NCBI GenBank assembly: GCA_964510515.1
Contig: CAZEAU010000011.1
Span: 4,712 to 68,711, forward strand
Direction of reading: 5' to 3'
DNA: 64,000 nucleotides
Source of the DNA: an uncultured Actinomycetota bacterium
GTDB taxonomy: Bacteria > Actinomycetota > Geothermincolia > Geothermincolales > RBG-13-55-18
How positions within the stretch are numbered: position 1 is the first letter of the stretch; every line of letters begins with the position of its first letter. The position numbers were made by a program, and so were the translations under genes. Positions 59,429-64,000 of this stretch are shown here, in pieces. Under the pieces are notes generated by a model that did not search any database, was not told the DNA's origin, and was given only the letters and a program-made list of their open reading frames with translations.

Positions 59429-61153
59429 ATGCATAAGGGGAAACGGCGCAAGTATCTCCAGATGTTGTTCATCGGCTGGCGGGGCCTGCGCAGCGGGGTG
59501 CTCTTCCTCGCCGACGAATTGCGCCGGGGGACGCTGCCCCGCAACCTGCTCTCCATACTCAAGGCGCGGGGCCTTTCCATCGCGGCCGACATGTCCCACG
59601 CCGAGCTCCTGGAGGAGAGGGCGGGGAAAGCGGGGGGCCGGGTTTTCCTCACCTTCAAGGAGCGCTCCATCACCTACCGCGAGATGGACGAAAACGCCAA
59701 TCGCCTCGCCAATTTCCTGCGCGGGCTGGGGGGAGGCCCCGGCGTGGGGGCGGCTATCATCATGCAGAACTCGCCGCGCTGGCTGGATGCCTTCTTTGCG
59801 CTGCAGAAACTGGGCATGTACGCCGTGCCGGTGAACGCGGCCCTCAGGGGCGATCAGCTGGCGCACGTGGTCGGCGACTCCGACGCCGGTTTCGTGCTCA
59901 TCGACCACGACCTGTTGCCCCACTACGAAGCGGTCGCGGCGGCGCTCCCCGGGGTGGGGCGGGTCATCGTCAACGCACAGGGCGCCCCCCCGGGATTCTC
60001 GCTGCCCGCCGGAGCCCTCGACCTGGAGGAAGCCTACGCGCCGGGCGCGGACGCATCGAGGCCGCCGCTCAAATACGACCCCGACGACCTCATGGTCATC
60101 ATGTACACCTCCGGGACCACCGGCCTGCCCAAGGGGGTGGTTTACCGCTACGCGACCTCGGGGGTGAAGATGGTCTCCGTCATGAGCCGCTTCTTCCTGG
60201 GCGCGCATGACATCTATTACACCTGCTATCCCCTCTTCCACGCCAACGCCCTTTTTCTCACGGTGACGCCGTGCCTGCACGCCGGGTGCAGGGTGGCGTT
60301 GGCGGAGAGGTTCAGCGCCAGCGGTTTCTGGGACGATATCCGGCGTCACGGGGCGACCATCTTCAACGGGCTGGGCGCGGTGATGCCCATCCTCATGAAG
60401 CAGCCCTCCCGCCCCGACGACGGGGACAACCGCGTGCGAGCGGTCCTCTCCGCCGGCTGCCCGGCCGACATGTGGGAGGCCTTCGAGCAGCGCTTCGGCG
60501 TGCGCATATACGAGGCCTACGGCGCGGTGGACGGGGCGGGGGTGGTGCTCATCAACCTGGGCACCGGGCCGGTGGGCTCGATGGGCAAGCCGCTCGGCTC
60601 CAGGTGCCGCATCGTGGACCGGGAGGGGAACGACGCCGCGGCGGGGGAGGCGGGCGAGCTCATCAGCTACGTGGGCAAGCGCACCAGCACGGTCGAGTAC
60701 TACAAGGACGCGGTTGCCTCGAGCGACAAGGTGCGCGACGGCTGGCTGTACACCGGCGACCTCGTTTACCGCGACCGCAAAGGCTATATCTATTTCCTCG
60801 GCCGCAACACCGAGTCCATGCGCTGCAAGGGCGAGAACGTCTCCGCCTACGAGGTGGAGCAGGCCATCCTCAAGCACCCGGACGTGCTGGAATGCGCGGT
60901 GTACGCGGTGCCCTCCGAGCTCGCCGAGGACGACATCATGGTCACGCTGGTGCCCCTTGAGGGCAGGACGCTGGACCCCGCGAGCCTGGCGGGATTCCTC
61001 TCGGGCAAGCTGGCCAGATTCGCCATCCCCCGCTATTATCGGGTGGTGGACGCGCTGCCCAAGACGGAGACGCACCGTGTCATTAAAAGGGAGCTGGAGT
61101 CCCTGGGGGTAACCGGCGACACCTGGGACATGGCGGGGGGAATGGGGCGTTGA
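59429..61153 (+). CDS. AMP-binding acyl-CoA ligase (CaiC-like)
   Basis: YTSGTTGLPKG, PLFHANA, YG..D, GWLYTGD, GENVS..EVE, LPKT.T. Start uncertain (59363, 59417 or 59429). Confidence 0.92.
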   Translation: MHKGKRRKYLQMLFIGWRGLRSGVLFLADELRRGTLPRNLLSILKARGLSIAADMSHAELLEERAGKAGGRVFLTFKERSITYREMDENANRLANFLRGLGGGPGVGAAIIMQNSPRWLDAFFALQKLGMYAVPVNAALRGDQLAHVVGDSDAGFVLIDHDLLPHYEAVAAALPGVGRVIVNAQGAPPGFSLPAGALDLEEAYAPGADASRPPLKYDPDDLMVIMYTSGTTGLPKGVVYRYATSGVKMVSVMSRFFLGAHDIYYTCYPLFHANALFLTVTPCLHAGCRVALAERFSASGFWDDIRRHGATIFNGLGAVMPILMKQPSRPDDGDNRVRAVLSAGCPADMWEAFEQRFGVRIYEAYGAVDGAGVVLINLGTGPVGSMGKPLGSRCRIVDREGNDAAAGEAGELISYVGKRTSTVEYYKDAVASSDKVRDGWLYTGDLVYRDRKGYIYFLGRNTESMRCKGENVSAYEVEQAILKHPDVLECAVYAVPSELAEDDIMVTLVPLEGRTLDPASLAGFLSGKLARFAIPRYYRVVDALPKTETHRVIKRELESLGVTGDTWDMAGGMGR

Positions 61154-62205
61154 CGGGGGCGAGGGCCAGGGCGCTCAATGCCGTCGGCGGCATCCCGGAC
61201 CACCTGCTCCTGAGGGTCCCCGAGCCCACGGTGGGGAGGTCCTCCCTCGACCGGGAGACCTACCTGCGCAGGCTGGCCTTCCTGGATCCCGACCTCTGGG
61301 ACCCCGAGCGCAGGCCCTTCCTCTACCTGCCCCGCACGGCTCCGGAGTGGGAAGCGCTGGGGAGCGGGCCCTTTCTCTCGGGCCGCTGCGACCTCTTCCG
61401 CTACCCCAGCCGTTACCGCCCCCGCAACCCCGAGCTGGCGCCGAGCTTCGCCTCCCGGCGGGAGAACCTCTCCGGGTATCTCCACCTCTGGCGTCACGAC
61501 GAGCGCGCTGATCGGCCCCTCGTCCTCATCATCCACGGTTTCATGATGGGAGGCCCGGCCAGGGCGATGCGCATGTTCAGGATAGGCAAGCTCTTCGAAC
61601 AGGGCCTGGACCTGGCCCTGCATACCCTGCCCGGCCACTGGCGGCGCAGCGACACCCCCTGGTTCCAGCGCCTGCTCGATCCCGCCGACGTCCCCCTCAC
61701 GGCGGAGCGCCTGGCCCAGAACGTGCACGACCTCCATTCCGCACGGCTAGCGCTCGGGGAGATGGGGTACGAAAACATCGGCATCATCGGGGCCAGCTTG
61801 GGCGGTTTTACGGCGGCCCTCTATGCCGGCCAGGTCGAAGGCGGGCTGGACTTCATGTTCATGGCCGTGCCGGCGGTCACGGTCTCCCATTACCTCAAGC
61901 CCGCCCCCGCGCGCTTCCGCTTCCCGGTCGACGACGCCCTGCGCCGCGCCACGGCGCGCGCCCAAAAATTGTGCTCCCCCCTCTATCTCCGCCCCCGCTT
62001 CGACGTGGGGCGCATACGGGTGGTGGCCCATGCGGGCGACCGGGTCTGCGACGTCAGGGAGACCAGGCGCTGGCGGGAGAGCTGGGGCATCGAGGACTAC
62101 GCGGAGGTCGTGGGCGGGCATTTTCTCTACCTGGACAAGCGGGCCCGGGGCGAGGCCTGGTACGGGCTCCTGGGGGAACGGGGGTATATCGAGCGCAGGG
62201 CGTGA
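61150..62205 (+). CDS. Alpha/beta hydrolase family protein
   Basis: IIHGF, GASLGG nucleophile elbow, D and GGH triad positions. Confidence 0.8.
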   Translation: MTGARARALNAVGGIPDHLLLRVPEPTVGRSSLDRETYLRRLAFLDPDLWDPERRPFLYLPRTAPEWEALGSGPFLSGRCDLFRYPSRYRPRNPELAPSFASRRENLSGYLHLWRHDERADRPLVLIIHGFMMGGPARAMRMFRIGKLFEQGLDLALHTLPGHWRRSDTPWFQRLLDPADVPLTAERLAQNVHDLHSARLALGEMGYENIGIIGASLGGFTAALYAGQVEGGLDFMFMAVPAVTVSHYLKPAPARFRFPVDDALRRATARAQKLCSPLYLRPRFDVGRIRVVAHAGDRVCDVRETRRWRESWGIEDYAEVVGGHFLYLDKRARGEAWYGLLGERGYIERRA

Positions 62206-62329
62206 CGGGCGGGCTCCGCGCCCCGCCCCCCGGGGCGGAGGGCCCCCCGCTGGACGGGCAGGCGAACGCGCGGCCTCGCGGGCGACAGCCGGGCGAAGGG
62301 CGCGCCTCGAGGCAGGGGAGGTAAGGGGT

Positions 62330-63178
62330 ATGGACGTACGGGGCAAGAAGGTCCTCGTCACCGGCGCGGCGAGCGGCATAGGCAAGGCGACGGCGCTGCT
62401 CATGGCGGAGCGCGGCGCCAGGCTCTGCATCACCGACATCAACGCGCCGGGCCTGGAGGAGACGCGGCGCGAGGCCGAGGCCAGGGGCGCGGAGGTATGT
62501 CTCAGCGCCGCGCTGGACATCGCGGATTACGACGCCGTGAAGGGCATGGCGGAGGAGATACACGCCGGGTTCGGCCCCCTGGACGTCGTGGCCAGCATCG
62601 CAGGGGTGGCGCTTTATTCGCAGGTCGAGGACATGACCCACGCGCAGTGGGAGAGGGTGGTGGACGTCAACCTCTGGGGGGCCTATCATCTAATCGAGTG
62701 CTTCCTGCCCGCCATGGTGGGCGCCGGGAAAGGCGGCCACCTCCTGCTCGTCTCCTCCACCGCGGGCATAGTCGGCCTGCCCTGGCACGTCGTCTATGCG
62801 GGCACCAAGCACGCGCTGGTGGGGAGCGCGGAGGTGCTGCGCTTCGACCTCCGCAAGCACCGCATCGGGGTCAGCGTCGTCCTCCCCGGGGCGGTCAACA
62901 CCGGGCTGGTGAAGACGGTGGTCATCAACGCGGACGAGAAGGCCTGCGAGAGGGGGCGCAAGCTGTTCAGCAGGCACGCCATCCCCCCCGAGAGGGTGGC
63001 GGGGCTCATACTCGGCGCCATAGAGAGGAACAGGTTCATGGTTATCACCACCCTGGATATCAAGCTGCTCTACCTGGCCAAGCGCGTCTTGCCGCCGCTC
63101 TACATCCTCATCATGCGCTTCATGAACTGGTGCCTGGACAAGGTGCTGACCAGGGACAGCCTGCCGCGCCCTGCTTAG
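62330..63178 (+). CDS. Short-chain dehydrogenase/reductase
   Basis: TGAASGIG, SS.AG, Y.GTK, PG.V.T. Confidence 0.93.
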   Translation: MDVRGKKVLVTGAASGIGKATALLMAERGARLCITDINAPGLEETRREAEARGAEVCLSAALDIADYDAVKGMAEEIHAGFGPLDVVASIAGVALYSQVEDMTHAQWERVVDVNLWGAYHLIECFLPAMVGAGKGGHLLLVSSTAGIVGLPWHVVYAGTKHALVGSAEVLRFDLRKHRIGVSVVLPGAVNTGLVKTVVINADEKACERGRKLFSRHAIPPERVAGLILGAIERNRFMVITTLDIKLLYLAKRVLPPLYILIMRFMNWCLDKVLTRDSLPRPA

Positions 63179-63304
63179 GCCGGGGGCGCCCGCCCCCCGG
63201 CCCGGAAGCGCACGCTCTGGCCCGCCCGGAACCGCCGCGGGGAGAGCGGCCGCCGCGCCCTCGCCCCGGCGAGCTCGGGGCATGCAGCCAGCCGGCTTGC
63301 CGCC

Positions 63305-64000
63305 CTAGCTGTAGGCCGAGAAGCCCTTGCCCAGGAGCTCGCGCCCCACGATGAGCTTCTGTATCTCGGTGGTTCCGTCGGGTATGGTGAGCATCCTCGC
63401 GTCGCGGAAGTATCTCTCCAAGGGGTATTCGTCGGAGAGCCCGATGCCGCCGTGTACCTGTATGGCGTCGGAGGTCACCTGCACCGCCGCCTCGCAGGCA
63501 TACCCCTTGGCCAGGGAGGAAGCCATGCGGGCCTCGGGGTCGGCGTTGACGGCCAGCTGGAAGGCCCAGTAGCCAAGCAGCCGGGAGGTCACGGTGAGGG
63601 CCTGCATGTTGTAGAGCTTCTCCTGTATGAGCTGCATGCGCCCGAGGGGCTTGCCGAACTGCGAGCGCTCGCGCGCGAACTTCACCGAGGCGTCGAGCGC
63701 CGCCTGGGCCATGCCCGCCCCGGCCAGGGCCATGCCGCTGCGCAGGAAGGCGAAGATGACGTTCTCCGGGGCCATGGTGCTCATCATGGTCATCATTCGC
63801 GACTTGGCCAGCTTGGCGGGGTCGAAGTCCTCCCCCAGGATCTCCCTGAGCCTGTCGCCGCTCACCGCCGCGGCGATCATGCTCATGACGTTGTTCTCCC
63901 TTGGAACCAGGCAGTCCTCGAAGAACAGCTCCCCGGTGGGCGCGGACTTCCAGCCCAGCTTGTGCAGGTCTGAGGTCTCGTAAGGGGACTGCTCCCGCTC
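63305..64000 (-). CDS. Acyl-CoA dehydrogenase, C-terminal part (5' end outside the window)
   Basis: Open frame to the window edge: KLGWKSAPTGEL.FEDC.VP, R.QFG, QVHGG.G...EYP.ER.FRDA, GTTEIQ. Confidence 0.93.
   Translation of the reverse strand, partial: EREQSPYETSDLHKLGWKSAPTGELFFEDCLVPRENNVMSMIAAAVSGDRLREILGEDFDPAKLAKSRMMTMMSTMAPENVIFAFLRSGMALAGAGMAQAALDASVKFARERSQFGKPLGRMQLIQEKLYNMQALTVTSRLLGYWAFQLAVNADPEARMASSLAKGYACEAAVQVTSDAIQVHGGIGLSDEYPLERYFRDARMLTIPDGTTEIQKLIVGRELLGKGFSAYS

Overview
High-GC bacterial chromosomal window with no phage, integrase, intact transposase or cas genes. An actinobacterial-type monoderm anaerobe, possibly Ca. Geothermincolia-like, is inferred from the DUF6049-like/murJ pair, the LCP+LytR_C protein, a DUF5719-like fragment, Tad pili without a secretin and a MtaA/CmuA-family enzyme; this was not tested by any search. 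It holds a complete selenocysteine cluster on the minus strand (selD with an in-frame UGA16 and SECIS-like hairpin, selA, selB, tRNA-Sec and a LysR regulator), tRNA-Pro(CGG) and tRNA-Arg(CCU). Other content: murJ, priA, a Tad/Flp pilus operon, a lone GspE/PilB ATPase, cysteine synthase, pabA/pabB/pabC-like genes, xseAB, hsp20-lon and a TetR-controlled acyl-CoA cluster. The most unusual signals are non-coding: (1) a ~370-bp duplication bracketing tRNA-Sec; (2) a 72-bp tandem repeat behind tRNA-Pro; (3) a CRISPR-sized three-repeat array built from a gene 3' end; (4) an 80-bp inverted copy of lon upstream of tRNA-Arg; (5) a tRNA-Arg/DUF5719-like junction that appears to lie at a microhomology; (6) a REP-like palindrome array; (7) a terminator-containing leader before pabA. 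Unusual proteins are a Lon with a 147-aa histone-H1-like tail, a PknB-like pseudokinase with PASTA and PKD domains, and an M23 peptidase fused to a multi-helix hydrophobic region with a coupled small membrane protein. All calls come from reading the sequence and recalling motifs; no searches were run.
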